Part shown: positions 35,421-51,133 of the stretch, piece by piece | Position numbering within the stretch: the first letter of the stretch is position 1 | Layout: each line of letters starts with the position of its first letter | Source of the DNA: Squalus acanthias | Lineage: Eukaryota | Direction: 5' to 3' | Assembly (NCBI GenBank): GCA_030390025.1 | Contig: CM059432.1 | Span: 77,998,001-78,062,000 of the forward strand | DNA: 64,000 nucleotides | Made by a program: the position numbers and the translations under genes | Notes under the pieces: generated by a model | Databases searched by the model: none | What the model saw: only the letters and a program-made list of their open reading frames with translations | Told to the model about the DNA's origin: nothing

Positions 35421-37891
35421 GCCCGTGTGCATCTACAATTCAATCTCTTAACTGCTCCCACCAACAAACATCACTGAACAATAAAACCGGAATAATCGCA
35501 TCGCTGCTTAAACATGCACACAGAGTGCTCAACAAATAGTCCTTTGCCTAAACGATTTTTTTTTTGCTTTCAAAAACCAACCACCTGCCAAAATGCTGTG
35601 TGTGCTGTAAAGCAAAAAATAAAACAAACCAATTACAGATAGGATTTTTTTTCACCAATTTTTCTTATTGGCACATTTTAGGTTTTTAAAATGTTATGTG
35701 AAATTCGATTGGATAAACGCGAGAGTACTACCCTGAGCTTTCCACGTTACTAGAGAACTACTGTACTAGAAAGCGTACAGAGAGCAGATAGGGTATTCCT
35801 TCAATCTGGGTTTGCCCTTTGGCTGATGAGCATCAATGTAGGTAACCACCTCCTTATGAGTCATATCTTACAATGTGTTCATGTTATCAACTCTTCTGAG
35901 TATACCATTGCCTTGATTTGTAGCAGCTTATTAAAACAACACAGACATGAATTATTCAACGGGTGGAAAAAGATGCATTGATTATGGTAGTCAAAAATGT
36001 ACAATTGCACTAAATAATTGATTTTATTATATTTCTTGCTGGACAGGACTTTCTGTATAGTCTGCTTTTTTCATAAAATACACTTTGCAAACCATTATGT
36101 TGTAACAAGATATTACATGCAAATTTAAAACTGCAGTTTTGGTTGGCTCTTACCCAACATATTAGTAAGAACTATGTCAAATGTATTTACTTGTTTTCTT
36201 TCTAGCATCATCTGTTGTAAAAGCATTCAAGTTTTCCCAGCAGTCATCAGTTTGCGCAATATGCAATTTATATAGTCAAGTTACTGAGCTCTGTTCTGTG
36301 CCCAGGCTCTTGCCAATCAATTATCCAGCCTCAGGGTTAAAGTGATGTGAATATACAATCTGTGGCTTCCTTGTACTTTTTAACAAAAAGTTTCCATGAG
36401 CTTCTATTTACAGTTTGGAAGAAAAGGTTTGAGACAAAGGTAGGAGCGAGTGTCACTGACTGTTAGGCAGGTGTGGCCTACTCAGCCCTGTCCCAGCTTC
36501 ATGTGGCCCACCTAGAAAACAGGAGGAACATAGATTACAATGCAATCATTATGACAACCCTAGAAGTATAGCTTACAACAGGAAGAGTCATAGAACATGG
36601 TGCTTCACTGTATGCTATGGTACTGGTGAGTGAGTGAATAGGGTGAGAAGCAAGAGCATGAGAATGATAGTACTAACCATGAGCTGGCAGAAGGCATCCC
36701 ACTTCACCATTTTCTACTCCCTCTATGCCATCTTGGCTTCCTCAAAGTTACTCGAGGCCCAAAGGTTACAGAGGCCTATCATGTGGAGTTGCTCCCTCCT
36801 GTCATGTGCAATCTTCTCCAGAAAACAGAAGTTGAGATACAAAGTTTGAATTGTTAGGAAGACATAAAAGATATCCAAACATTATTGTATGGCCCATATT
36901 GTATGTGATTACATGTGTATGTATCAGGCAACTGCATTCAGATGGAAGATGAAAGTATTGTAAGATAGTGTGAAGGGGAGGAAACACTACAGGAGAGAAG
37001 TCAACATCATTGTGCCCATTTTTTGGGCATCAAATCAACATTGGTGGGCGAATTTGGGATTGTGATCTCCCCGGAAGTGCACTGGCTAGCAGAATTGGAA
37101 GCTAGTGACTTGTAGGTGTGCAGGGCACCTGCCTGAAACAGGCAATAGGCACCTTGCATATTCAAATCATAATCCTAATGCTGGCTGTAGGACCTCGATT
37201 TGAAATTGGTCAGCAAATCGCCAAAGCTGACGCCACGCATGCTCCAGTCAGTTGTTCTGGGTCTTGAGCGGCCTAGCCAGCAGTCCTTAAAGGGACCCCA
37301 GGAAGCTGCTCAAAAAAGGGAAGAAAACTTATTAATAGTTTCATTAAGCCAGCAGGGTCAGCCTTCCTTAGGGTTGCCAACTCCAGTTTGACGTATTCCT
37401 AGAGGTTTCATCACATGGACCTCCCGCTTCCAACTGTTCCGCCCAATCAAACATCCTTTTATCCCCCATCTGCAATATTTTTTATAAAGCATAAATGAAA
37501 GTCTTCAAAGAAAATGGAAAAAATATATTTTTTTAGTGCCTCTATGATTTTTCTCCTCGGTTGCTTGCAGCAGTGCCCAGGAGATTAATCTTTAATTCCT
37601 GGAGACTCCAAAACAAATCTGGAGGTTGGTAACCCTAGCATCTTTCCTTCAATCTGATGACTGCAAAACCCACCACACCCACCTCTCAATCAGACCATGC
37701 TCAGACTGGAATATGAACGCTAAGGTTTCTAATTCAAGGAATATTTATTGAAACATGTTTTTATTGCCGAGTAAAGGGAGTAATTTTGTCTTTGGGTGAT
37801 GGTGTAAAACGGACAATATGGAATCAGCTATGTGTTATACATCCCGATTTTTGGGAGAGATGTATAACGGGCGGTTGAATTGATATCGCTG

Positions 37892-38816
37892 ATTTGCTGA
37901 TGATACAAAGATAGGTGGGAAAGCAAATTGTGTGGAGGACGCAAAGAATCTCCAAAGGGATATACTGTAGATAGGCTAAGTGAGTGAGCAAAACTCTGGC
38001 AGATGGAGTTTCATGTGGGAAAATTTGGTAGGAAAAATAAAAAAGCAAATTATTATTTAAATGGGGAGAGATTACAAAATGCTGAGGTACAGGGGGATCT
38101 GGGGGTCCTTGTACATGAATCACAAAAAGTTAGCATGCAGGTACAGCAAGTAATTAGGAAGGCAAATGGAGTGTTGGCCTTTATTGCAAAGGGAATGGAG
38201 TATAAAAGTAGGGAAGTCCTGTTACAACTGTACAGGGCGTTGGTGAGACCACACCTAGAGTACTGCGTACAGTTTTGGTCTCCTTATTTAAGGAAGGATA
38301 TACTTGCATTGGAGGCAGTTCAGAGAAGGTTCACGAGGTTGATTCCGGAGATGAAGGGGTTATCTTATGAAGAAAGGTTGAGCACGTTGGGCCTATACTC
38401 ATTGGAGTTTAGAAGAATGAGAGGGGATCTTACTGAAACATATAAGATTCTGAAGGGGCTTGACAGGGTAGATGCAGAGAGGATGTTTCCCCTCCTGGGG
38501 GAATCTAGAACTAGGGGGCATAATTTCAGAATAAGGGGGCACCCTTTTAAATCAGAAATGAAGAGGAATTTCTTCTCTGAGGGTCATGAATCTTTGGAAT
38601 TCTCTTCCCCAGAGAGCTGTGGAGGCTGGGTCATTGAATATATTTAAGGTGGAGATAGACAGATTTTTGAACGATAAGGGAGTCGAGGGTTATGGGGAGC
38701 GGGCAGGGAAGTGGAGTTGAGGCCAAGATCAGATCAGCCATGATCTAATTGAATGGCGGAGCAGGCTCGAGGGGCCAAATGACCTACCTACTGCTCCTAC
38801 ATCTTATGTTCCTATG
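37892..38816 (+). mobile_element. CR1 LINE 3' portion
   Basis: FADDTK at ~37893 and ORF 38003-38647; 3' tail. Confidence 0.92.
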
Positions 38817-39126
38817 TACACTATCACCAAAGTCATAATGAACCCCAAGGTGTCTAGATAAATCAAGAGTAAAAGGGGAATAAGTATTAAGATCTGTTGT
38901 GGTGTAAATCAATAGCAACCCTATCTTCCAGACCCCAACTACAATCTTTTATTCAATATAACTCACAATAACATTTTTCATGGCCTTGGATGAACTGAGT
39001 GCAGAAATGGAGCGGGAAATGAATGGAAATTGGTAGTTGTATGTGAGGGGCTTTGCATTAGCACATATTTTTCAAAACAAAAACATAAATGTGTGGAATC
39101 ATAACCTCCTTTCAAACACCAGATTA

Positions 39127-39606
39127 ATTACCATGGTAAAAACTTAATTTTGGAAGAAGAACAAAGAACTCGTAAAAGTTCTGTTACCATGGTTATAACT
39201 AGGAATAAGTACAGTGTCGATAGGTTTCAACAAACCCCCACTCCCACTTGAAATAAAACAAAAATGGAATTTTTGGTCCAATTGGGCCAGGCAAAAATCA
39301 ATATATCCATTACAAAAAAAACTTCACTTGCTTTTAAGCTATGTCTTCACATTGCCATTGCACAGAAGGAGGGAATGTAACTTAGTTCAGTGGTTTGGTT
39401 GAGTTCAGATTTTCCAAGGCACTATTGTAAAACTGTTTGCTCATATCTGTTTACTGCAGTCCTTTTTAATATAATGAAGGTTAGGACACAGCACTAGTTT
39501 TAAAATGTTGAAGTGTTCTGTTGCCATGGTTTCCACAGTCTTTTGTTATGCAACACAGATTACAATGTCGGTTTGAAATGGTGAAGTGTTCTATTGCCAT
39601 GGTAAC
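39127..39606. promoter_or_regulatory. Cluster of four RFX X-box-like palindromes
   Basis: attaccatggtaaa 39127, gttaccatggttat 39183, gttgccatggtttc 39520, attgccatggtaac 39593 versus consensus GTTRCCATGGYAAC. Confidence 0.45.
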
Positions 39607-40439
39607 AGTCAAGGTTCATATTAGAATGTTATAAAAAGGATCTAAAAAATTAAATAGATACAACTCGGGGCTTTCGGTAACGTACTAAAAACATTCCCAT
39701 GAGTGAGGGACCTGACAAACCCAGAAATAATTAAGTCACAAGTGAGTTATTAGATCTTTCTTATGAGTGAAAATATAGTAATCTACTGGAAATTAAAAGA
39801 ACAAACCGTATATTCTTGTGTATATAAGACTAGATATTTAGGTCCCATTTTGAACCTAAAAGTGTGAGGTCGGCTTATATGTAAGTCATATCCTCCCTCT
39901 GGTTTCCCTCCTAACAACAGAGCAGTTCCTCTAAAAACAAAGGATGCAGCTGCACCATTGCAGTGCATTCCTACCAGCTGTTGCTGTTGGCTGTTACTCT
40001 ACTGCACCATTTCTGTGATATTTAAATATCCCAACTTCAGTCCAGGCTTTCACTACTGATATAAATTCAGGGACAGCCCAGCAGGAGTTGGGATTTGAAA
40101 TCAGCAGCAAGAATGAAGTCTGATGTCAGGAGGGAGAATCGTTATATAAATATTAGCATTGGAGGAGTGGAGTAAAAACTGATAGGATGTACTATTTGAA
40201 ATAAGAAAAGCTGCACTCTGAAAGGATTGCCTTTGTCTTGGTGCCTGAGGGGAGATCGAATATACAATACAGGCTATGGGCAGCTGGTGAAGGGGAGTCA
40301 TTAGCATATTAACTGCAATAATTCAGGATTGTTTGGCCAAATGTATAAGGCTGACTGAGGAAACAGATAAAGGTTGTTATCTGTAATGACTGAACTGTCT
40401 TGATTTCTTAAAATTACCTTAACTTTTTATGTCACAGCT

Positions 40440-40670
40440 GTTAAATTTTTTGTTGCGCACATTACTTCTGCCATTCATCCATCTCCTGTTCTCCACATAA
40501 TAAAGGTCATTGTATTTCTTTTCCTGTGTGTTTTCCTTCCCCACACCGCCCCCTTTCCCTTGTGTTCCTTTTTAAACACTGTTCTGGAAGGGTTCTGCAC
40601 CCTAAACATAGACAGATACTGCTCACCTACTGAGTGTTTCCAGTGTTTTCTGTTTTTGTTTCAGGTTTGT
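40440..40670 (+). mobile_element. Degenerate Penelope-like terminal repeat
   Basis: gttctggaagggttctgcaccctaaac..ctgagtgtttccagtgttttctgtttttgtttcag resembles 26735-26833 and 19100-19210. Confidence 0.55.
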
Positions 40671-41006
40671 TTTAAGCTTGACATCGTAAACATCTTCGTA
40701 ATCAACTGGAGCAAACCACATCTCCTTCTACTCAGTTAGAATTATAGGCCTGAAAGGGCCAGTGCTACTTGCCTTGCGCCCGTTGAAAGTGGGTCCAGGC
40801 AGCACACAAAATTCATGCTGCCTGCTCATAATGGTTGGAGTGCTGATCTCATCACTAAACATGCTGCTGATTGGCTTAGCACTGAACAGGTGGGCCAATA
40901 TCGGGTGCAGGCTAATGGCCAGTAATGTCTGGCCTCGGCTCTCTGCACTACTTAAAGGGGAGGTGCTATGTTGCAACAGCACCTCATTGTCAGTCTAGCT
41001 GAAGAC

Positions 41007-43060
<2,054 letters not shown>

Positions 43061-43254
43061 TAGGGATTGCACAAGGGGGATTAGTTGATATTGTAATGTT
43101 GATTGCATTCTGATAAATTTATTAATTTTGTTTGGAATGTTTATTTTGTGGTGGCTCTCATTTAAGCTTTGTGCCCAGGAGGACGCTGTGATGTTCCGTG
43201 ACAGAGGGATGGTAAGATGGGGAAGTGGTGCGCAATGGGCATCTGGGGTTTCAT

Positions 43255-44858
43255 TCATTGGAACCGGAGTCTGATGAGGCTTTCACGGACAACCCATCCG
43301 GAATGGGGATCTGCTGCCTGCCTTCTCCCTTCCTCTTCTCGTCCTTGTCCTCTTCCTCTGAGCCATGGCTCAGTTGGTAGCACACTCACCTCTGAGTCAG
43401 AAAGTTGGGGGTTGAAGTCCCACTCCAGAGACTTGAACACAAAAATCTAGGTTGACACTTCAGTGCAGTACTGAGGGAGTGCTGCGCTGTCAGAGGTGCC
43501 GTCTTTCAGATGAGATGTTACACTGCGGCCCCGTCTGCACGCTCAAATGGACGTAAAAGATCCCATGGCACTATTTCAAAGAGCAGGGGAGTTATCCCCA
43601 GTGTCCTGGCCAATATTTATCCCTCAATCAACATAACTAACATTATTTGGTCATTATCACATTGCTGTTTGTGGGAGCTTGCTCTGCGCAAATTGGCTGC
43701 CGCATTTGCTACATTACCACAGTGACTACACTTCAAAGGTACTTCATTGGCTGTAAAGCTCTTTGGAATCCCGGTGGTTGTGAAAAGCGCTATATAAATT
43801 CCTTCCTTTCCTTCCTCCCTCCCTCCCTCCTGAGGTGGTCCTGCAATCCCTGGTGGCAAGGGCTGTGCCCTCATGATGGCCAAGTTGTGAAGCACGCAGC
43901 AGATCACCACGAAATGGGACATCCGCTCTGGTGAGTAATGGAGGCTCCTCCTGAGTGGTCAAGGCAGCGGAACCGTTGCTTGAGCACTCCAATGGTCTGC
44001 TCGACAATGTTCTTCGTGGTAGTATGGCTCATTATATGAGTGCTGGGCAGGAGTGATAGGGTTGCGGAGGGAAGTCATCAGTGAAGTGCAAAGCGGATAG
44101 CCCTTGTCTCCGAGCAGCCACCCTCAGGTTTGATGTGGTGGCTGGAAGATTGCTGGCATAGAGGACTGGCGCAGGATGAAGGCATCATGATGGCTGCCAG
44201 AATAGCAGGCATTGACCATCAGGATGCGCTGGGCGTGGTCGCACAACAACTGCACATTAAGTGAGTGGTAGCCTTTGCGGTTACGGAAGACATCAGGATT
44301 GTTATGCGGCGCCCGCAAAGCCACATGGGTGCTGTCGATTGCGCCCTGCACCATGGGGAAGCCCGCTATCCTGGCAAAGCCACATGCGCGCTTGTCCTGC
44401 TTCTCTCTGTTCAGACAGAAGACAACGTACTCCTTTCTCCTGGTGTCGAGAGCCTCTGTGACCTCCCGGATGCAGCGATGGACGGAGAATTGGGAGATGT
44501 TAGCTATGTCTCCTGCTGCAGACTGGAAGGATGCACTGGCGAAGAAATTGAGGGCCACGGTGACTTTGAGGATCACCAGGAGAGCCGTGCTCTTAGGCTG
44601 CAGGTCTGGTTGCAGGAGGTGGCAGAGTTCTGTGATCACTTCGTTGGTGAAGCGGAGCCTCCTAATACACTGTTCCTCACTTAAGTGGATATAAGAAAAG
44701 TGCTCTCTGAAGACCTTAGATGGGTTAGGCCTCCTGTTGAGAGCCCACCTGGTCTTCCTCCTCCTCCCTCTGTGCGCAACTTCTCCTCTTCTTCGCTGCC
44801 TCTGCTCCCTGTCCCGAAGATACTCGAGCGCGAGGGGGACTGCAAGTCGAGCCCCCAT
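43255..44858 (-). pseudogene. Harbinger DDE transposase, disrupted by stops/frameshifts and a SINE
   Basis: ORF 44124-44870 (KVTVALNFFA..SFQ..GD, GFPMVQGAIDSTHV, NRKGYHSLNVQ, GSHHDAFIL), then [36 protein letters not shown]-terminus LIRLRFQ* at 43255. Confidence 0.93.
43360..43812 (+). mobile_element. Full-length DeuSINE-like SINE inserted in the transposase acidic tail
   Basis: A box tggctcagttgg, B box ggttgaagtccc; same body as 22111-22585; absent from copy 1. Confidence 0.9.
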
Positions 44859-45371
44859 CACTGTGAGCAAGTGTTGTGGGTAGAAGCCTTTAAATAAGAA
44901 TGAAGGCGTTCTCCACTTGCACCGACACTCCCTGTCACCTTAGGAACTTGAAACAAGTTTAGAAAGCTGCAAGAATTGCAGAAAGCTGCACAAAGCCAGT
45001 CAAACTGAAAAAGTATGTCAACTGCAAGTTGGTGCTGATGATCCCTTTAAATAGCGCTGCTGGGGCTCCTTCCTATTACTGAAGGCTTGGTCAGCTGGTC
45101 ATAATTAACACAGGCTGGTAAGTGGAATGGTGAACTCAAAAATGGTAGATCAGGCGTCAGATGAGGGTTGCACACTCACTGACTTCACAATCTGCATAAT
45201 CTACATATCCCCATTGAGCGCGGACATCGGCAGCACTGCCGCCCCGCCGAGAATGGCGGCCACCGCAGCACCTGCCAGCAACAGGTGGAAGTGAGGCAGC
45301 TGCCTTTTTTTTCCAAAACAGGCCTTAACAGCCAGTGCTAACACCTCCAATTTCTAGTCCATAGAATCATA

Positions 45372-46138
45372 GCGGGAGATATTCGGTATAATCCCGTTTG
45401 GGGCGCTAAAACTTTAAAAATTGAAAAATGAGCGCTAGGCGCTAATCATTCTCGCCTCCTGCGAAATTCAGTTTTAGCGCTCCAAGAGGGAAGTGGAGCA
45501 CTAAATCAAGCACTAACCACTTCTCTTAGGGCACTAAAGTCTGTGAGAGGAGCGGTAGCGGCAGAGCGCTGAAGAATGTACAGTACAGTGCTCCCGGCAT
45601 CAGAGACTCCTTCCCTCGCTTAAAGGGAAGGGCCAATGATGGTTTCCAACCTTCTTCTTCTTAGTTCTGTGGAGCCAGGGGACCTGCACGACTTCCATTA
45701 TAGCCCCAATCACTCTCGGAGAGTGGAAGGCTTTGGCACAGCAATGAGGCTTCAAAAACTTTCAGCAGGCACCAGACTGGTACGAAGAATAAAGTGTGGC
45801 CTATCTGGCCACCACTGCCTTTAATTATCGCTCCCCAAGCGGCCAGCCGAAGTGACAACGCCTCCTGTTGCTGCCGTTGATGACGCCTGGCGATGCAGCA
45901 GGGGGTGGGAGCGAATTTCACATCCAGGGCGGTAACGGGCCGCTGCGCACTTGATGACATCATGATCTATGGGGTGCTAGAGACCGAGGCGGTAAGTGTT
46001 AGCGTCAGTGCAAAACCGCCAGGGAAGTTCGCGAGCGTCGCTGAATTCGCCGCGCCCGGTCAGTAACCCCTTAGCGCCCCGATGCCCCCCCACCCGCAGG
46101 TGCTAACCGGAGGTGCAAAGCAGCCGAACCTCTAGCCC
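45372..46138 (+). mobile_element. Non-autonomous TIR element (family C)
   Basis: Imperfect TIRs gcgggagatattcgg / ccgaacctctagccc; ATA on both sides; sits in the (catagaat) tail of the adjacent CR1; rich in agcgct/ggcgct motifs. Confidence 0.75.
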
Positions 46139-47628
46139 ATAGAATCTTACAGCATAAAAGGAGGCCATTCAGCCCGTCGTGCCTGTGCCGGCTCTTTGAA
46201 AGAACTGTCCAATTTAGTCCCACACCCCAGCTTTTTCCCCATAACCCTGCAAATTAGTCCTCTTCCAATACATGTCTAATTGTCTTTTGAAAGTTCCTAC
46301 TGAATCTGACTCCACCACCCTTTTGGGTAGCGTGTTCCAGATCTTAACAACCCACTGTGTGAAGACATTTCTCCTTATTTTCCCTGTAGTTCTTTTGCCA
46401 ATTATTTTAACTCTATGACCTCTGGTTACCAACCCACTTGCCAGAGCAAACAGTTTCTCCCTTCTTGCTCTATCAAAACCCCTCATTGTTTTGAATACCT
46501 CTATTAGGTCTCCCCTTAACCTTCCCTGCTCTAAGGAGAACAATCCCAGCTTCTCTAATCTCTCCACATAACTGAAGTCCATCATCCCTGGTAACACCAG
46601 GTAAACCTCCTCTGTACCCTTTCCAAGGTCTTGACTTCCTTCCTAAAGTGTGGTGCCCAGAATTGAACATAATACTCCAGCTGGGGCCTAATCAGAGATT
46701 TGTAAAGGTTTAGCGTGACTTCCTTGTTTTTGTATTCAATGCCCTTATTTACAAAGCGCCTTCTCAACTTGCCCTGCCACCTTCAAAGATTTGTGAATAG
46801 GCACCCCCAGGTCCCTCTGCTCTTGCACCCTACTCAAAATAGTATAATTTAGATTATATTGCCTCTCCATGTTCTTTCTCCCAAAGTGCATCACTTCACA
46901 CTTATCCACATTAAATTGTATCTGCCATGTGTCTGCCCATTTCACCAATCTGTCTATGTCCTCCTGAAGTCTGCTATTATTCTGCTCACTATCTACTATG
47001 TTGCCAAGTTTTGTATTGTCCGCAAACTTCGAAACTGTACTCCCAATACCTAAGTCCAGGTCATTTATATCTAATAAGAAAAGCAATGGTCCTAATAATG
47101 ACCCCTGGTTCTATACTGCATACTTCTCTCCAGTCGGAAAAACATCCATTCACCACTACTCTCTGCCTCCTATCCCTTTGCCAATTACGTACCCAAGTTA
47201 CCACTGTTCCTTTAATACCATGTGCTTCTAATTTCTGAATAAGTCTGTTATGTGGTACTTTATCAAATGCCTTTTGAAAATCCATATATGCAACATCTAC
47301 TGCACTACCTTCATCAATCATCTGTTACTTCATCAAAGAACTTAATCAGGTTAGTCAGACACAATTTGCCTTTAACAAATCCATGCTGGTTGCCCTTATT
47401 ACCCCATGCTTCTCCAAGTGAGAATTAATTTTGTCCTTGACAATGGTCTCTAGTAGTTTTCCCACCACTGATGTTTGACTGATTGGCCTGTAGTTACCAG
47501 GTTTATCCCTCTCCCCTTTTTTGAACAGGGGTGTAACATTTGCAGTCCTCTGGCACCACTCCCATATCCAAGGAGGATTGAAAAATTGTGGTCTGAGCTT
47601 CTGCTATTGCCACCCTAGCTTCCCTCAG
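46139..47628 (-). mobile_element. CR1 LINE ORF2 RT to 3' tail
   Basis: ORFs 47061-47321, 46745-47086, 46582-46767, 46214-46597. Confidence 0.92.
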
Positions 47629-48259
47629 CAAAAGGACCAGGTGATAGAAATAATTAATATTATAATTACCGGCTTGTTGATAAAGAACCAGAAGTGTTTT
47701 CAAAGAAGCTGATCTCCACTTCAAAGGCAGTGAAGTGTATACCTGGGAAATAGTTCACTTAGTTTAGCCTTTTATCTTCCATGTCACAGCTGTATGAGAG
47801 AGAAAGCTGGGGATGAGCATGTTCCCCATAACAATCATCCAAATACCCAGTCAAAGGACTCTGAAAAAGATTCTCAAAGGAAAACAGTGCAGCAAGATTA
47901 GCAGGAAGTAGTGGTCAGGGTCATTGTTGTGTATAGGACCTTAGGACTTGGGAACAGATGCACTAAAGGATGGCAGACCTTCAAGAAAGCTGCCAAGATC
48001 CATCTGCCCAATAGTATCACATACGAGGTGGATAGCCCAAGTAAGCATCACACAAAGTGTTGTTGTCAACCATTTATTGTTAGTCTTTTCAAAGCTGTTA
48101 GAAAGCCTTACAACTATTATTGTTTACTGAGCATAGCCATAGTCCAGCTGCAACTTACGACTGAAACCCTGTACACATACGCACCTTAAAAAGACTTCAC
48201 ACAACAAATAATTAATTTCATTAAACAAAAAACAACAAAAAAACAAAAATATGGGATCT

Positions 48260-48772
48260 GGCTCCAGCTGGAGTATTGTGTCCAATTCTGGGCACCACAT
48301 TTAGGAAGGACATGATGGCTTTGGAGAGGGTACAGAAGAGATTTACCAGAATAGTTCCAGGGATGAGGGAATACAGTTACGTGGATAGACTAGAGAAGCT
48401 GGGTTTTTTTCCCCTTGGAGCAGAGAAAGTTAAGAGGAGATTTGATCATGTTTAAAATCATTAAGTGTTTAGATAGAGTAAATAAAGAGAAACTGTTTCC
48501 AATGCTGAAGGGTCAGTAATGAGGGGGAACAGATTTAAGGTGATTGGCAAAAGATCCAGAGGCGACGTGAGGAAAAACTTTTTAACGCAACAAGTGGTTA
48601 GGATTTGGAATGCACTGCCTGATAGGGTGGTGGATACAGATTCAATAGTAGCCTTCAAAAGGGAATTGGATAAATACTTGAAGGACTTGCTGGATTGCTC
48701 TTCGAAAGAGCTGCCGCAGACCCAATGGGCTGAATGGCCTCCTTCTGTGCTGTACTATTCTATGATTCAATA
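48260..48772 (+). mobile_element. CR1 LINE 3' end
   Basis: cagctggagtattgtgtccaattctgg; ORF 48519-48773; tail ttctatgatt. Confidence 0.88.
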
Positions 48773-49286
48773 AATCATGCTAACACAACCTAGCTACTTC
48801 AACTTACACATCTGAAGACTACTTACAAGACAAGATGCCTGCTAATACAAGGGAACAGAACTGTACTGGAAGAGAGACCAGAAATGACAAGCCTTTCATC
48901 CCCTTTGAGTAAGCCATCTTGGGCATCTACAGCATGGAGGCAGTAAATTAAAATGAAGCTGTAGCCCTCCACCAAGCTCAGGCCTAGTGCCAGCCTGTTT
49001 TTCTGATTACCTGTTGCCTTCTCATTCAAGCACACCCAAAAGCACACACAGTATAAAAACATCACACACAGTGGCTGGAATTCTAAGTATGTACCACTGC
49101 TGGGGAAACTCACCCACTGGCCAGGCATATCAGAACATAACCACCATGCTGCCCATGATTTCCCATGCAATGAAATCAGAGTACCACAATGTCCCAATAT
49201 ACATAGCCAGCAACTAAGGTTCTCTGTCGGCTTTGCATGCTCAGAAACTCAGCCCTATAGTATCTTGTAATGAGAGCTCTGTTGGA

Positions 49287-51133
49287 AACATAGAAGATAG
49301 GAGCAGGAGTAGGCCATTCGGCCCCTCGAGCCTGCTCCGCCATTCAATGCGATCATGGCTGATCATCCAAATTCAGTACCCTGTCCCTGCTTTCTCCCCA
49401 TATCCCTTGGTCCCTTTAGCCTTAAGAAATATATCTAACTCCTTCTTGAATATATTTAATGAATTGGCCTCAACTGCCTTCTGTGGTAGAGAATTGCACA
49501 GGTTCACCACTCTCTGGGTGAAGAAATTCCTCCTCATCTCAGTCCTAAATGGCTTACCCCTTATCCTTAGACTGTGACCTCTGGTTCTGGACTCCCCCGC
49601 CATCAGGAACATCCTTCCTGCATCTAGAATTTTATAAGTTTCAATGAGATCCCCTCTCATTCTTCTAAACTCGAGCGAATATAAGCCTAATCGACCCAAT
49701 CTCTCTTCATATGTCATTCCTGCCATCCCAGGTATCAGTCTGGTGAATCTTCGCTGCACTCCCTCCATGGCAAGAACATCCTTTCTCAGATAAGGCGACC
49801 AAAACTGCACACAATACTCAAGGTGTGGTCTCACCAAGGCCCTGTACAACTGCAGCAAGACATCCTTGCTCCTGTACTCGAATCCTCTCGCTATGAAGGC
49901 CAACATACCATTTGCCTTCTTAACCGCCTGCTGCACCTGCATACTTACCTTCAGCGACTGGTGCACAAGGACACCCAGGTCTCGTTACACTTCCCATCTG
50001 CCATGCTTCTGCCCAATCACCCAACCTGTCCAAATCATACTGGAGTTTCTCTGCATCCTCCTCACAGCACACACGCCCACCCAGCTTTGTGTCGTCTGCA
50101 AACTTGGAGATATTACATCTAGTTCCCTCGTCTAGATCATTAATATATATTGGCCCATAAATTCGGCCGAATACGGGAGAGTACCCGTTGCATACTCACC
50201 CGTATTCGGTCCCGAAGTGCCGGTTTCCTGCATGCACTGCGCATGCGCGGGAAACCGGCACTTCCGGTATGGTGAAGGGGGTGGTTCCTAAGTGAACCGC
50301 GTGAGCACTAGAGGCTGTGCGCACGCAGCACACTTAGGTTTTTTTTCAGGTTTCAACACGAGGGTAAGTATGAAAGATTTTACACAAGAAAAAAGGAGGC
50401 GTAAGACCCCTTTTGAACAAGGTAAGTAGTTAATTAAGTATAATTTTAATTTTTTTCAACAGGTTTATCTTTTTTAGAGACTTTAAAGAAAGGTAAGTTT
50501 ATTTTTATAACTTTTAAAATTTTTTTTAATTTTTTCAAAAATTTAAATTTTTGTTCAAAGTGGTTAATTTATTTAACTATAGTTATTTTATTAATGTGAT
50601 GGTTTTTAAAAAAAAATTATTTGAGGTTTAGCGGTTCTTTTGGGGTCTCTTTCAATTCACAGATTTGACAGGTCTCCTGTCAAATCTATGAATGAAAGAT
50701 GGTCTGCTGCCATTGGCTCTCCATGGCCCACGTGATCCCAGAGGTCGCATCGCACTAACTGCGCCCCTGGGACACGCACACACTGCGCGCCGGCACCAGG
50801 GAGAGGCCCAGGACCCGAAGTTCCTGTGGGCCCAAAACACAACGGCCGGCGCGGAGTGTGATATCGCGAGCCATCCTAACCCCCGCGGCAAACCCTCCGA
50901 GTCAAATTTCTGGGCCATTGTGAATAGCTGGGGTCCTATCACCGATCCCTGCGGTACCCCACTAGTCACTGCCTGCCACTCGGAAAAAGACCCATTTATT
51001 CCAACTCTTTGCTTCCTGTCTGCCAACCAGTTCTCTATCCAAGTCAGTACCTTACCCCCAATCCCATGTGCTTTAACTTTGCACGCCAATCTCTTATGCG
51101 GGACCTTATCAAAAGCCTTGTGAAAGTCCAAAT
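49287..51133 (-). mobile_element. CR1 LINE ORF2 fragments, interrupted by MITE B
   Basis: ORFs 49373-49966 and the first part of 50652-51131; near-identical to the reverse complement of 1830-2110. Confidence 0.92.
50152..50916 (+). mobile_element. MITE family B, second copy
   Basis: TIRs ggcccataaatt / aatttctgggcc; exact TSD ATT (50149-50151, 50917-50919); the empty site taatatatattgtgaatagc is seen in the CR1 at ~2032-2051 (reverse complement). Confidence 0.93.

Noticed and set aside
44124..44870. Host gene HARBI1
   Set aside because: Lies within TIR-bounded, duplicated, disrupted elements with a Myb partner; it is a transposon relic, not the domesticated gene
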